This document shows, piece by piece, positions 22,830-33,382 of a stretch of DNA of 64,000 nt (position 1 is its first letter; the number at the start of each line of letters is the position of its first letter). The notes under the pieces were generated by a model. That model was not told where the DNA came from, did not search any database, and saw only the letters and a program-made list of their open reading frames with translations. Position numbers and translations under genes: made by a program. The stretch comes from Sedimentisphaerales bacterium (GTDB taxonomy: Bacteria; Planctomycetota; Phycisphaerae; Sedimentisphaerales; Anaerobacaceae): assembly GCA_963708075.1 (NCBI GenBank), contig OY970194.1:3008001-3072000 (forward strand), read 5' to 3'.

Positions 22830-23938
22830 CGCTGCGCCCCTCCCGAGGACATCAATCGTTCATAGAGTTCCACAATCTGCCGCATGGGCCCGCTGCCGTC
22901 AAACGAGGAGGAATGCTCGAATCCACTGCGGAGAAGTCCCTCCCGCAGAGCGCCGTCCTGTCTGAGTTGTCGGATCGATTCGGCAATGGCTTCGGGAGCC
23001 AGCCGCGGAAGGACAATGCCTGTCTGTCCATTCCGGACCAATTCAGGCAGACCGCCGACGGGCGAGACAATCACCGGCACCCTCATCCGCATCATCTCCA
23101 GAGCGGCAATGCCGAATGCCTCCCTCCGACTGGGGACCACGCCCACGTCGAAGGCCCGCATGACGGCCGCCGTGTTCTCCTGCAGGCCCGCGAATATCAC
23201 CACGCGGTCGAGCACGAGCGTGCGAGCCTGATTCTCCAGATGCTCGTGTTCCGGGCCGTCCCCGACCACAACGAAACGCCAGGAATCGTCTTCGTCCCTG
23301 AGGATTGCCGCCGCGTCAATGAGCAGGTCCGCCCCTTTCGCGCGATCCAGCCGGCCCACGAACCCGACGACGAACTTGTCTTCACCCAGGCCCAGAGAGG
23401 CCCGTGCGGCGGTCCTCTCATAGCGGTCAGGGGCAAACCGCTCCAAGTCGATGAAGTTGTCAACGACTGTCACCGGGACTGCGGACCTTCGCAGTACACG
23501 TTGCACAGCCGATTTCGCCGCTTCAGAGTTGGCGATGATCGCATCCGCTCGCGGTCCGAAAAGCCACAGCAACCGGCGATACACACAGCCTGTGCCACCC
23601 CGGAAGATCGCCCCGTGCTCGTGGATAACCACTCGGCCCTGGTAGAGGGATTTCGCCAGCAGGCTGCTGATGATGGCTTTCTGCAGGTGGGCATGAACAA
23701 TGTCGATCTGGTAGCTCCTGCACAGACCCGCAATCGACCTAATGGCGGCAGGGTCGTACCTGCGGCATTGCAGGCTCATGACGGTGCCACGGATCGGAAT
23801 CGACTTCGGATTCAAGCGAAGGGCGCACACAAAGCTCTCGAAGTGGTCCTCCGGCATTCGCTCGACGATGTTCTTCACCACGAAGGGGGCACCGCCGTAC
23901 CCCAGATGATCGATCACGTGCAGTACGCGGATTTTCAT
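22826..23938 (-). CDS. Glycosyltransferase family 4
   Basis: VLHVIDHLGYGGA; DIVHAH; FVGRL..AKG; PSRREAFGIAALE (EX7E). Confidence 0.93.
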   Translation of the reverse strand: MKIRVLHVIDHLGYGGAPFVVKNIVERMPEDHFESFVCALRLNPKSIPIRGTVMSLQCRRYDPAAIRSIAGLCRSYQIDIVHAHLQKAIISSLLAKSLYQGRVVIHEHGAIFRGGTGCVYRRLLWLFGPRADAIIANSEAAKSAVQRVLRRSAVPVTVVDNFIDLERFAPDRYERTAARASLGLGEDKFVVGFVGRLDRAKGADLLIDAAAILRDEDDSWRFVVVGDGPEHEHLENQARTLVLDRVVIFAGLQENTAAVMRAFDVGVVPSRREAFGIAALEMMRMRVPVIVSPVGGLPELVRNGQTGIVLPRLAPEAIAESIRQLRQDGALREGLLRSGFEHSSSFDGSGPMRQIVELYERLMSSGGAQR

Positions 23939-25065
23939 CTGACCTCCGCATAGAGCCGCAAGTACGATTCAGCGACCTTGTTCCAACCGAAATCCTCGGC
24001 TCTCTTCCTCGCCGCCGATGACATCATCGCGAGGGTCGCTCGATTCCCCGCCAGCTTCTCAATCGCGGCGGCGATGGCGGCGGGCTGCGCAACATCGACG
24101 ATGATGCCGTTATCCGCAATGAGCTCGTCGACGCCTTCGCAACGAGTCGTGACGATGGGCAGGCCGCTGGCCATCGCCTCAAGCATGGCGTTGCTCATCC
24201 CCTCCTGCATGCTCGCGCTGACAAGAACGTCGTTCTGCCGATAGATCGCCGGCATCTCACGGCCCTCACGCCGGCCCAGGAGCGTGACGATGCCCCGTAA
24301 GCCCTTTTGGTCCAGCAGTTGCCGCAGCTCCGATTCCATGGCTCCGCCGCCGACGACGGTCAAACGCACGTTGCTGCCTTGACGGCCCAGGAGCTCAACC
24401 GCCTCGATCAGCAGTCCAAGCCGCTTGGTCATGGACAGCCGGCCCACGGTCAAGAGCCTGAGCGTGCCGGAATCCCGCTTGACCTCGACCGGATGAAACC
24501 GCTGAAGATCGACGCCGTTAGGGATGACCTCAATCTGAGCCGAGGGCAGGAATTCCATCGCGCGCGCTTTCAGGCCTTCGCTGCATGCCACGAGGGCGGA
24601 AGCCTTTTGCCAGATCGGCTTGAAGACAAGGGGACCGAGGATCTTGTAGTCGAGCTTGAGTCTCGCGTTCGCTCCCGGCACATCGGACCCGCGCAGAGAA
24701 ATGACATAAGGCAGCCGCTTCGCGGTCCGATAGCACAGCCAGCCCGTCGGAAAACCGAAGAAGGCATGGACCAGATTGTAGTCGTTCTTTCGGATCAGTC
24801 CGCGATAGACCGATCCGGCTTTGATGAGCCACGCGATGACCTCGCTCCTGCGCCACACGTGCAAGTCTTTCTTGCGAATTCCCACGCGGTGGATCGCGAC
24901 GTTGTCGGACAACCGCTCCATCACAAGGCCCGGCTTCGGCGCCGAGGTCAGCACATCGACCTGCAGATCCCCCCTGCCGGCATACTGATGCAACAGTGCC
25001 AGGTGGGCCTGGCCGCCGCCGCCGCCGATGGGCGGGAACTCGTAATTGAGCATCAGTATGTTCAT
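23935..25065 (-). CDS. Glycosyltransferase family 4
   Basis: MNILMLNYEFPPIGGG; VIPNGVD; EGMSNAMLEAMASGLP. Confidence 0.93.
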   Translation of the reverse strand: MNILMLNYEFPPIGGGGGQAHLALLHQYAGRGDLQVDVLTSAPKPGLVMERLSDNVAIHRVGIRKKDLHVWRRSEVIAWLIKAGSVYRGLIRKNDYNLVHAFFGFPTGWLCYRTAKRLPYVISLRGSDVPGANARLKLDYKILGPLVFKPIWQKASALVACSEGLKARAMEFLPSAQIEVIPNGVDLQRFHPVEVKRDSGTLRLLTVGRLSMTKRLGLLIEAVELLGRQGSNVRLTVVGGGAMESELRQLLDQKGLRGIVTLLGRREGREMPAIYRQNDVLVSASMQEGMSNAMLEAMASGLPIVTTRCEGVDELIADNGIIVDVAQPAAIAAAIEKLAGNRATLAMMSSAARKRAEDFGWNKVAESYLRLYAEVR

Positions 25066-25781
25066 TTCTTTCTCGCGATCACGTAAAGGTTCGTCTGCAA
25101 GGCCAGCGGCAGCTTTCGAAAATCGATCCACTCGAACAGGAGCGCCAAGGGGCCGAACTTCCTGAGTTTTGCACGCATGTACTCGTTCATCGGGTTCATC
25201 TTCAGGAACCGGACCTCGAACCCATGCCCTGCCAGGCGGCGTCTCAACTGCCCCGGCGTGTGCAGGGACGGATGCGCCCGCCGCCATTTCAGGGACCGCA
25301 GCGCAAGGGTCTCAAAGGCCGCGTCGCAGTACTTGTTCGGCGTCTGGAACAGGTAATATCCGCCGGGCCTGAGGACGCGACACACTTCACTGACGTGCAG
25401 ATCGACGCGGGCGATATGCTCGAACAGATCGAAGCTGAGCACGACGTCGAACGATGCGTCGTCGAACGCCAGCCCTTCCGCCGGCTGCACCTCCAACTGG
25501 ATGCCGCCGTACTTGGCCCGGCCGTACTCGATGGCCACATGGGAGATGTCCGTGCCCCGGACATCGTAACCCTGCTTCGCAAGCTCGTGCACGACCGTGC
25601 CGATCCCGCAGCCGATCTCCAGGATCCGGTCGCCCGGCTTGAGCAGGGCCGTCTGCGCGACGAATTCGAGGTTCGTCTGGAGATTTCCCCGCTGTTCCTT
25701 GCCCCGCTCGAGCTCGCTCTGCCAGCCGGCGTCGTACAGCTCCTGCTGCTCCTTCAATTGTCGATCCGCAAAATCCGGCAC
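25062..25781 (-). CDS. Class I SAM-dependent methyltransferase
   Basis: ILEIGCGIG; FDVVLSFDLFEHI; LRPGG. Confidence 0.9.
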   Translation of the reverse strand: MPDFADRQLKEQQELYDAGWQSELERGKEQRGNLQTNLEFVAQTALLKPGDRILEIGCGIGTVVHELAKQGYDVRGTDISHVAIEYGRAKYGGIQLEVQPAEGLAFDDASFDVVLSFDLFEHIARVDLHVSEVCRVLRPGGYYLFQTPNKYCDAAFETLALRSLKWRRAHPSLHTPGQLRRRLAGHGFEVRFLKMNPMNEYMRAKLRKFGPLALLFEWIDFRKLPLALQTNLYVIARKK

Positions 25782-25800
25782 TGCGGCACGCCTCCACCTG

Positions 25801-27750
25801 TCACTTGCGCTTGAACAGGATATACGGACCGAACTGGCTCGCGACCTGGTAGTTGTTCATCACAAACGAGCGCAACGGCTGCAGCACTTCGTATCGTTTG
25901 CCTTCGGCCGGCTCGATCTGATCGCTCAGTGCCTTGGCGTAGCTCTGATCGTACAATTTCACAACCTGCTCATTATTGGCGGGCAGGAAGCCCTTCTCGG
26001 TGCGGGGCCACAGAACGAGCGGCGGGCGATCCCATGGGAAGTGCTGGTTCTGTGTATCGACAATGAACTTCGGCGGCTCCTTGTTGAAGGCGGCCAGAAG
26101 CTCCTGAACTCTCGCCGCAAGGTCTTCGGGCGGGAGGGTGTGCATCGTTCCCTCGAAGGCCTTGGGGGCCGAGCTCATCCGCTGGGCCTGGACGTAGATG
26201 CCCGGAACCCAGCCCCAGACATAGATCTTGTCGGTCGGCTCGGAATGGTCGCGGATGTACTTGCCCACGGGTGTCCAGCTATAGCGACTCTCGTCTCTGA
26301 CCTCACTCCACTTCTGCGAATACCCGCGCCGCGGCGCGGGCTCGGGATAGACGACACCGCTGTGCGGGCTCTTCCTGATTCCGAAGAAGATGTGCCACGA
26401 CATGACGATCATCGCCAGCGACCCGAGCAGGCCCAGGACCATCCACCGGGTCTTGTCGCGGTCGCCGTGCAGCCTGTGAGCGTACACGCCGACCAGGTAA
26501 CTCCCCAGCACGGCGCCGGAGGCGTTCAGGGGCAGGAAGTACTGCTCGTAAGTATGCGGGCTGATCCAGACGAAGGCCATGTCGAAGAACCACCACAGCC
26601 CGAACAACAGAACGAATCTGCCGGTGTCCTGTTCCACGGGCGCAGCGGCTTTCACGCGTCTGGCGCGCACCACGATCACGCTCCGCGCCGCGATGGCGCC
26701 GAGCGCCAGGGCGATGGGAAGGATCAGAAGCCCATAGTAGCGCAGGACCCGCAGGGTCACCTGTTTCCTCGCGGCCGAGTCCAGGGCCACCCAACTGTTG
26801 CTGACATAGCCGGGCAGTAATTTGAGAATCAGGCCTCGCTCGGCTTCCTTCTCCGGCTTGGTTTGCGCGGCCGGCTGCTGCGACTCGGTGACCTGCCCTT
26901 TATTCGTATCTACGCCAACCATCGACAGCGCCGGTTTGAGAACGAATGAATACGGCCAGTAATGGACCGCCGAACCCATTTGCATGTACCACCCGACGAT
27001 TGGCGCAACGATGATAAACCCGCCGATGAAGGGCAGTACGACGTCCTTGGCGGCCTTCTTCCAGGCCCTGCGACGCAGAATCGCCTGAATGAGAGTGAAA
27101 ATGACGACCGCCCCAATCGCCGACATCCCCGTCTGCTTGAACATGGGTCCCCAGACGAGCAGCATGCCGGTCAAGACGGCCAACCACCACTTGCCGGTCA
27201 GATGATACCAGACGAAGCAGCAGATCCCCATGATCATGAAAGCAATCATGAACTGCTCTTTGACGTTGCCATATTTTGCGATTAGCGGCGCGGACAGGAA
27301 GACGGACGCGACGGTGACGCTCAACACGGCCGCGAGGCTTCCATAGAGCCGTCGGATCGTGATGAACAGGAACGTGAATGCCGCTGCCTGGAAGAGACCC
27401 TGGAGGACCTTGGAACCTGTCTCATTAAAGCCCGACAGCGTCACACCGAGCATGTTCATCAGCAATGTGCCCGCCTGGGCGCTTGGCTTTTCGTCATATC
27501 CGATGCGAGCGCCGGAAAGGACGTGCTTGGCCGAGTACACGTAACAGCCACTGTCGTACGGATCGGGGCTCTTGAGCTCGAAGTACTTGCCCAGAATAAA
27601 CGGAATGCCTGCCAGCACAGCCAACGCCAAGGCAACCCATAGAAACTGCGGAATGCGGATTGCGGTTCGCGGATTCGCCTCCCGACCCGAACCCGGGGTG
27701 CGAGATGAAACCTTCTTGTCGGTTGTCTTCCTATGCGGAGCTGCGCTCAT
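25801..27750 (-). CDS. GT-C fold (ArnT/PMT-like, GT39/83) membrane glycosyltransferase
   Basis: Many TM helices; first loop DPYDSGCYVY...YDEKP; KQTG; C-terminal soluble domain DKIYVWGW...PKFIVD. Confidence 0.75.
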   Translation of the reverse strand: MSAAPHRKTTDKKVSSRTPGSGREANPRTAIRIPQFLWVALALAVLAGIPFILGKYFELKSPDPYDSGCYVYSAKHVLSGARIGYDEKPSAQAGTLLMNMLGVTLSGFNETGSKVLQGLFQAAAFTFLFITIRRLYGSLAAVLSVTVASVFLSAPLIAKYGNVKEQFMIAFMIMGICCFVWYHLTGKWWLAVLTGMLLVWGPMFKQTGMSAIGAVVIFTLIQAILRRRAWKKAAKDVVLPFIGGFIIVAPIVGWYMQMGSAVHYWPYSFVLKPALSMVGVDTNKGQVTESQQPAAQTKPEKEAERGLILKLLPGYVSNSWVALDSAARKQVTLRVLRYYGLLILPIALALGAIAARSVIVVRARRVKAAAPVEQDTGRFVLLFGLWWFFDMAFVWISPHTYEQYFLPLNASGAVLGSYLVGVYAHRLHGDRDKTRWMVLGLLGSLAMIVMSWHIFFGIRKSPHSGVVYPEPAPRRGYSQKWSEVRDESRYSWTPVGKYIRDHSEPTDKIYVWGWVPGIYVQAQRMSSAPKAFEGTMHTLPPEDLAARVQELLAAFNKEPPKFIVDTQNQHFPWDRPPLVLWPRTEKGFLPANNEQVVKLYDQSYAKALSDQIEPAEGKRYEVLQPLRSFVMNNYQVASQFGPYILFKRK

Positions 27751-28745
27751 TTACCGTCTCCATGGTTATCAGGCGAATCCAAGACCTCCTTGATAACATA
27801 CGTTGGCCGGTTCTGCGATTCGTGGTAGGTGCGCACGAGCAACTCAGCGAGCAAGCCCATCAGGATGAATTGGACGGTAGTGATAATGAGCACGGCACTC
27901 AGGAGCAGCAGCGGATTGCCACTCATATCGGTGCCCTGTGCCAGCTTCTGATAAATTACCAGCCATGCACAGAGAATCGCCAGAAGCGTGGTGAACAGGC
28001 CGAGGCCACCGAAGACGTAAATCGGCTTCGTGGAGAACGATCCGAGGAACTTGACCGTCATCAGGTCCAGCAACACCTTGCCCATGCGTCCCAGGCCGTA
28101 CTTGGCCTTCCCGGCCGTTCGGGGCCGATGGTTGACGACGCACTCGGCGATTCTCGCCCCGCTCCAACTGGCCAGGGCCGGGATGAACCGGTGCATCTCG
28201 CCATAGAGCCCGATCTGATCGAGGATTTCCCGCCGATAGGCCTTGAGCGTGCAGCCGGAGTCGTGCAGATGAACTTCCGTCACCCTGGAGATCAGCCAGT
28301 TGGCCATCTTTGAAGGCAGCCGGCGGGTCAGGACCAGATCGTGCCTCTTCTTCCGCCAGCCGCTGACGACGTCGTAGCCCTCGTCCAGCTTGGCGACGAG
28401 CATCGGGATATCCGCCGGATCATTCTGCAGATCGGCGTCCAGCGCGACGACCACATCGCCCCGCGCATGCCCAAAGCCCGCGCTGAGGGCGGCGGTCTGG
28501 CCAAAATTCTTGCGGAAGCGGATGACCCGCACCGTCGGGTCTGAGTCGTGCAGTCCCTTCAGAATGCCGAAGCTCGCGTCCGTACTGCCGTCGTCGATGA
28601 AGATGATCTCGTAGCTGTAGCGACCCTCCAACGCTTGCTTGATCTGCTGATAAAGGGGCCGGAGGTTCTCCTGTTCATCCAACAGTGGCACAACTACGGA
28701 AAGCTCTGGACGGCCGTCATCCTTCTTTGCTTTGGTCATATCCAT
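27747..28745 (-). CDS. GT2 polyprenol-phosphate glycosyltransferase (ArnC/GtrB-like)
   Basis: LSVVVP..DE; IDDGSTD; RKNFGQTAA; DADLQNDP; two C-terminal TMs; RPTYVI. Confidence 0.93.
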   Translation of the reverse strand: MDMTKAKKDDGRPELSVVVPLLDEQENLRPLYQQIKQALEGRYSYEIIFIDDGSTDASFGILKGLHDSDPTVRVIRFRKNFGQTAALSAGFGHARGDVVVALDADLQNDPADIPMLVAKLDEGYDVVSGWRKKRHDLVLTRRLPSKMANWLISRVTEVHLHDSGCTLKAYRREILDQIGLYGEMHRFIPALASWSGARIAECVVNHRPRTAGKAKYGLGRMGKVLLDLMTVKFLGSFSTKPIYVFGGLGLFTTLLAILCAWLVIYQKLAQGTDMSGNPLLLLSAVLIITTVQFILMGLLAELLVRTYHESQNRPTYVIKEVLDSPDNHGDGK

Positions 28746-28939
28746 TCTGTTCCGTTGAGCATTTCCTAATTCCGTATCGTACTGGTGAGGCCTCACATTT
28801 GCAACAGATGTAAAATCAGTCCTGACAAAGAATTATCGGCTATGCGCAGGCCTCAGGTCAGTTAAAATATCGCCGGCAAAACGTCTGTCATACCCAACAC
28901 CTGTACATTGGTAGGAATCAGAAGATGTGGAGTGGGATT

Positions 28940-30404
28940 ATGGGCGAGTGGCATGCGAGAGAGTGGCTGGTGGCCATCGCAGTAGCTGTATTGGCAGCGG
29001 GCAAGGCTTTCGGAGCTGACGAGAACACGACTGTGGTCCAGCCGCAGGATACCGGCGAGGCCCTGGTCAATCCCGGCATGGGATGGGTGCTCCATCATTA
29101 TGACAATGTCGCATCCAATTACGGGAGCAAACTCGAACCGTCCGATACTGTCGATGATTTCCCGGGCGTGAGTGTGGTTTACCTGCGAATTGCCTGGTCG
29201 TACCTGGAACCGCAGGAGGGGCAGTTCAACTGGTCCGTCCTCGATACGCCCGCCCAGCGATGGCTCGACAAGGGCAAACAGATCGCGCTGCGCATCTCCT
29301 GTAGCGAGTCATTCATGCGGTACGCGACGCCGGAATGGGTTCAGAAGGCCGGGGCCAAAGGGTACAACTTCAACCCCCGCAAAGGCGTCGATCCGAATGG
29401 GCCCTATTGGGAGCCGGACTACGACGACACGGTATTTATCGAGAAGCTGGACCACTTCCTGGCCGCTCTGGCCGGCCGCTACGACGGCAATCCGGAGGTC
29501 GCCTTCATCGACGTCGGCTCCTTCGGCGTCTGGGGGGAAGGTCACACCTATGCCAGCACGCGAATGCCCTATTCCATCGGGACGATCAAGCGACACATCG
29601 ATCTGCACACGAAGCACTTCAAAAAGACCCTGCTGGCGGCCAATGACGATTTCGCCCTGCACGACCGCGGACGGCAGCCGATCGAGTACGCCGCACAACA
29701 GGGGTTGGCTCTCCGCGACGATAGCATTCTCGTCCAGGCTGGTCAGAACGCATATCTCAGTGCCGACTTCGCCCCGCTGTTCTGGCAGAAGACCCCCGTC
29801 ATCCTTGAAAGCGAGCACTACGGTCCCTCGCGCGACCGTGGCGCCTGGAAGGACGGCAGCCAGTACCTCGAAGCCATTGAGAAGTACCACGCCAGCTACG
29901 CATCGGTCCACTGGTGGCCGCATGAGTTCCTGGCCGCCAACGAGGACCTGGTCCGCAAAATCAACCAGCGGCTGGGCTATCGTCTGCAATTGGTCGAGGC
30001 CTCCTGGCCCAACGAGATCGCCGCCGATTCGACCTTCGCGTTCACGACCAAGTGGCGCAACGCCGGCGTAGCCCCCTGCCTGCCCGGTGGATACCCAGCC
30101 CTGACGATCAAAGATGCCAAGGGCGGAATCGCGACAGTCTTTGCCGATGAAGGCTTGAATATGCGAGAACCTCCCCGTCACCGAGCCCGGCAAAGCCACC
30201 CCGAAGGACCGCAAGGCCCAATTCGCCCTTCCCTTGGCCTCCGACGAGCGAGCCCGACTCCTCAAGCCCGGCGAATACGACGTTTACATCTCCGTCGGCA
30301 CGCCCACCGGCACCCCCAGACTCGCCCTGCCCTTGCCCACTGACGACGGCCACCGTCGCTACCACCTCGGCAAGCTCAGGGTATCGCCCCCAACACAGAA
30401 ATGA
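28940..30404 (+). CDS. Secreted DUF4832-type glycoside hydrolase (GH42/35-like TIM barrel); one frameshift
   Basis: LVNPGMGW; WSYLEPQEGQFNW; DVGSFGVWGEGH; RLGYRL. The frame continues after about 30168 as LPVTEPG...GEYDVYISVG...RYHLGKLRV to TGA at 30404. Confidence 0.8.
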
Positions 30405-30423
30405 CGCGCACCGCCGCACGGCC

Positions 30424-31194
30424 TCAGGCTGTCTGGTTGAAGGTGGCTGGGTCTTGCTGGTAGAAGCGTTTCAGCTCGTCGTAGAGTCTTGGGTAGACCT
30501 GCTGAAGCTCTTTGGGCTGCTCGAAGAAGCACTCGGTCGCCACGGCGAAGAATTCGGCGGGATCGACGGCGCCGTACTCGTCGAGCACCTCGGCGCGATT
30601 CTCGCGGATATCGCGGCGGAACTTCTCGAAGTCCTCGCCGAGAGCCCTTGCCCAGGCGAGGAAGCTCGAAGTGCTCTGCAAGACCGGCGTGCTGTCGCCT
30701 TTGCCGCCGGAGCTGTCGAGCTGGTGGGCGAACTCGTGCAGGACGACGTTCTGGCCGTCGTGGATGTCGGCGGCGCTGCGCCGCACGTCGTCCCAGGACA
30801 GGACGACGGAGCCGCGATGCCAGGATTCGCCAAGCCGGACGTCCCTGCCCTCCAGGACAGTCCCGCCGAGAAGATGGGGCGTGTTATCGACCACGTAGGC
30901 CCGGGGGTAGACAAGGATGTGCTTGAGGCCGGGATAGTATTCTGTTTGGCGGTGGAGCAGGAGCATGCAGGCCTGGGCGGCGATGGTAACGCGGATTTCA
31001 TCCGTGATCCGCAGGCCGCCGCAGCCTTCGAACTCCTTTTCCGCCATGAAGATCAGGATGTGTCGCTTCAGCTCCTCGCGGTCAGACTCCGGCAGCCGTG
31101 CGAACAGGGGCACGTTTCTTTCCAGAACGGCCAGCCATTCCGCCGGGAATGGCCGGCTCGCGATCTTCTTTCGCCATCTTTCCCTGAAGATCAT
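30424..31194 (-). CDS. mtfA: MtfA-like zinc-dependent peptidase (M90)
   Basis: FxAEKEFEGCGG; IAAQAC; NVVLHEFAHQLD; YGAxxPAEFFAVATECFFE. Confidence 0.9.
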   Translation of the reverse strand: MIFRERWRKKIASRPFPAEWLAVLERNVPLFARLPESDREELKRHILIFMAEKEFEGCGGLRITDEIRVTIAAQACMLLLHRQTEYYPGLKHILVYPRAYVVDNTPHLLGGTVLEGRDVRLGESWHRGSVVLSWDDVRRSAADIHDGQNVVLHEFAHQLDSSGGKGDSTPVLQSTSSFLAWARALGEDFEKFRRDIRENRAEVLDEYGAVDPAEFFAVATECFFEQPKELQQVYPRLYDELKRFYQQDPATFNQTA

Positions 31195-31346
31195 TTTCTA
31201 TTTACTATTTCCGATTTACGATTTACGATTCAAACAGTAGCTCGGCCGCGAGGTAACCAGATAGGACCTATGGGACTCGTAGGACCTATGAAGGCCTCTG
31301 CTCCGGCCCAAAATTGTAAATCGTAAATTGTGAATCGTAAATCCAA
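31193..31346. repeat. Inverted heptamer arrays (ATTTACG)n / (AATCGTA)n flanking a nonamer array
   Basis: Heptamer arrays at 31193-31230 and 31312-31342 are reverse complements; ATAGGACCT-like nonamers at 31261-31290. Confidence 0.8.
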
Positions 31347-32621
31347 ATGCCTGATTCATTGCCCTTTTTGACGGCGGACATCCCCGGCGTCGGCGGGGTC
31401 ATCAAGACCCGGCCGGAGGATTTCTTCGTCGAGGAGCTGCCGCTGTACGAGGCGAGCGGCTCCGGCACACACATATACGCACTGATCGAGAAGAAAGGTC
31501 TCGGCACGCGGGAGGCTCTGGACCGCATTGCGCGGGCCCTGAATGTCCCCCGCCGGGAGATCGGCCTGGCGGGATTGAAGGACGCCCACGCCGTAGCCCG
31601 CCAGTGGATCTCCATCGAGCACATCGAGCCGCAGCGGGTGGAGCAGGTGTCCATCCCGGACGTGCGAGTCCTGCAGACCAGTCGCCACACGAACAAGCTC
31701 AAGCCCGGCCACCTGCGGGGCAACCGCTTCGTCATCCGGCTGCGCAAACTCGCCTTGCCCCTGCCGCAGGCGGCCCAGGTCGCCCAAGAAGTCTTGTCCA
31801 TCCTGAGCCGACGCGGGGTGCCGAATTATTTCGGCCCGCAGCGATTTGGCAACCACAAGGACAATCACCTGCTCGGCAAGGCCGTGGTCAAAAACGATGC
31901 GGCGGCGTTTGCCGACCTGTTTCTGGGCCATCCCAGGGACGACATAGATTCGCCTGCGGTGCTCGATGCTCGCCGCCTGTACGACGAGGGCCGGTATGAG
32001 GAGGCCGCCAAAGCCTGGCCAGGGTCGTTCTTCGATCAGCGACGCGCCCTGCGGGCGCTGGTCGGCGGCAAAGGCAACAAGAAGAAAGTCTTTTACACCG
32101 TCGATAAGCACCTCAAGGGCCTGTTCATCTCGGCCTACCAGTCGGACCTGTTCAATCGCGTGCTCGCCGCCCGCATGCCGCACATCGAAAAGATGCTCCT
32201 CGGCGATATGGCCTATAAGCACGTCAACGGGGCGTGCTTCCGCGTCGAGCAGCCGGAAGTGGAGCAGCCCCGCTGCGACAGCTTCGAGATCAGCCCCACC
32301 GGTCCCCTGCTCGGCGGGCGTCTCACCCGGCTCACGGGCCCCGCCGGCGAGATCGAGAACCCGATCCTCGACGGCGAGAATCTAAGCGATCTGGACATGC
32401 GACAGATGAAGCACTTCGGCGCCCGCGGCGGCCGGCGTCCCTTGCGATTCCAGCCCCGAAGCGCCGCCGTCGTGACCGGCGAGGACGACTTGGGGCCTTA
32501 CCTGGAGCTGGCCTTCGAGCTCGACTCCGGCTGCTACGCCACCGCACTGCTGGCCGAACTCACCAAGGACCGCGCCACGGAAGCCGCCGAGCCGGAGGAA
32601 GGAAACGAGCACAATACATAA
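31347..32621 (+). CDS. truD: tRNA pseudouridine(13) synthase TruD
   Basis: PEDFFVEE; AGLKDAHAVARQW; GHLRGNRF; VPNYFGPQRFG; SAYQS.LFN; GCYAT. Confidence 0.96.
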   Translation: MPDSLPFLTADIPGVGGVIKTRPEDFFVEELPLYEASGSGTHIYALIEKKGLGTREALDRIARALNVPRREIGLAGLKDAHAVARQWISIEHIEPQRVEQVSIPDVRVLQTSRHTNKLKPGHLRGNRFVIRLRKLALPLPQAAQVAQEVLSILSRRGVPNYFGPQRFGNHKDNHLLGKAVVKNDAAAFADLFLGHPRDDIDSPAVLDARRLYDEGRYEEAAKAWPGSFFDQRRALRALVGGKGNKKKVFYTVDKHLKGLFISAYQSDLFNRVLAARMPHIEKMLLGDMAYKHVNGACFRVEQPEVEQPRCDSFEISPTGPLLGGRLTRLTGPAGEIENPILDGENLSDLDMRQMKHFGARGGRRPLRFQPRSAAVVTGEDDLGPYLELAFELDSGCYATALLAELTKDRATEAAEPEEGNEHNT

Positions 32622-32836
32622 GACTTTGCCCGTGCGTTCGTGCTCCACAATCAACCAACCTGCAGATTATTCTACCCTTGCGGCATAGCGAAGCGCAATC
32701 CGATGGCAGGGATCTCAGCCCTGTCGCCGAAGCATTCATGGTGCGACACAATCCTGTCGATAAATGATGGATGCGCCCGGTTCTCGGGGCCCCGTACAAC
32801 CGACAAAGACGCGTAAAGACTGTGGAGATAGCATAG

Positions 32837-33262
32837 ATGATCAAAGCAAGCGCGATCATGAAGACGGATGTCATTACCGTGACGAAGGGTGAGGACATCC
32901 ACGAGGCCATACGTGTCATGGTTCTGAACAACATCACCGGCCTGCCCGTCGTCAATGGTGACGGCACGATGGCAGGCATCCTCACGGAGAAAGACGTCCT
33001 GAAACTGCTTCACAGCGGCCAGGACAAGCCCGGCACGGTCGAGGAGTTCATGACGACGAGCGTGGTTTGTTTCGAGCAGGACGACAATCTCACGGACATC
33101 GTGGACTGCCTCATGCTGAACCGCTTCCGCCGGGTCCCCATCCTCAACAGGGGCAGGCTCGTCGGCATCATCAGCCGCAAGGATCTCATCCGGCACATCA
33201 GCAATCCCAAGCAGGGTGTCAAAAGCTCCCAGAAGAAGGACGTTGTGGAGATTGTATACTGA
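32837..33262 (+). CDS. Tandem CBS domain protein
   Basis: ITGLPVV..GILTEKD and FRRVPIL..LVGIISRKD. Confidence 0.92.
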   Translation: MIKASAIMKTDVITVTKGEDIHEAIRVMVLNNITGLPVVNGDGTMAGILTEKDVLKLLHSGQDKPGTVEEFMTTSVVCFEQDDNLTDIVDCLMLNRFRRVPILNRGRLVGIISRKDLIRHISNPKQGVKSSQKKDVVEIVY

Positions 33263-33382
33263 CGGCCATCTGCTATAATCAGGGATAATGCCGGCCGGTC
33301 AGAAATGTGCCGCCCGGAGGAAGAACACCAGGACGACCCGAAGCTTCACGCAAAACACTCGGTCGCGGAAGGAGTGGAGGAT

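Noticed and set aside
28795..28811. Imperfect palindrome ACATTTG-CAA-CAGATGT upstream of the glycosylation operon
   Set aside because: A single short imperfect instance; not enough support to call an operator.
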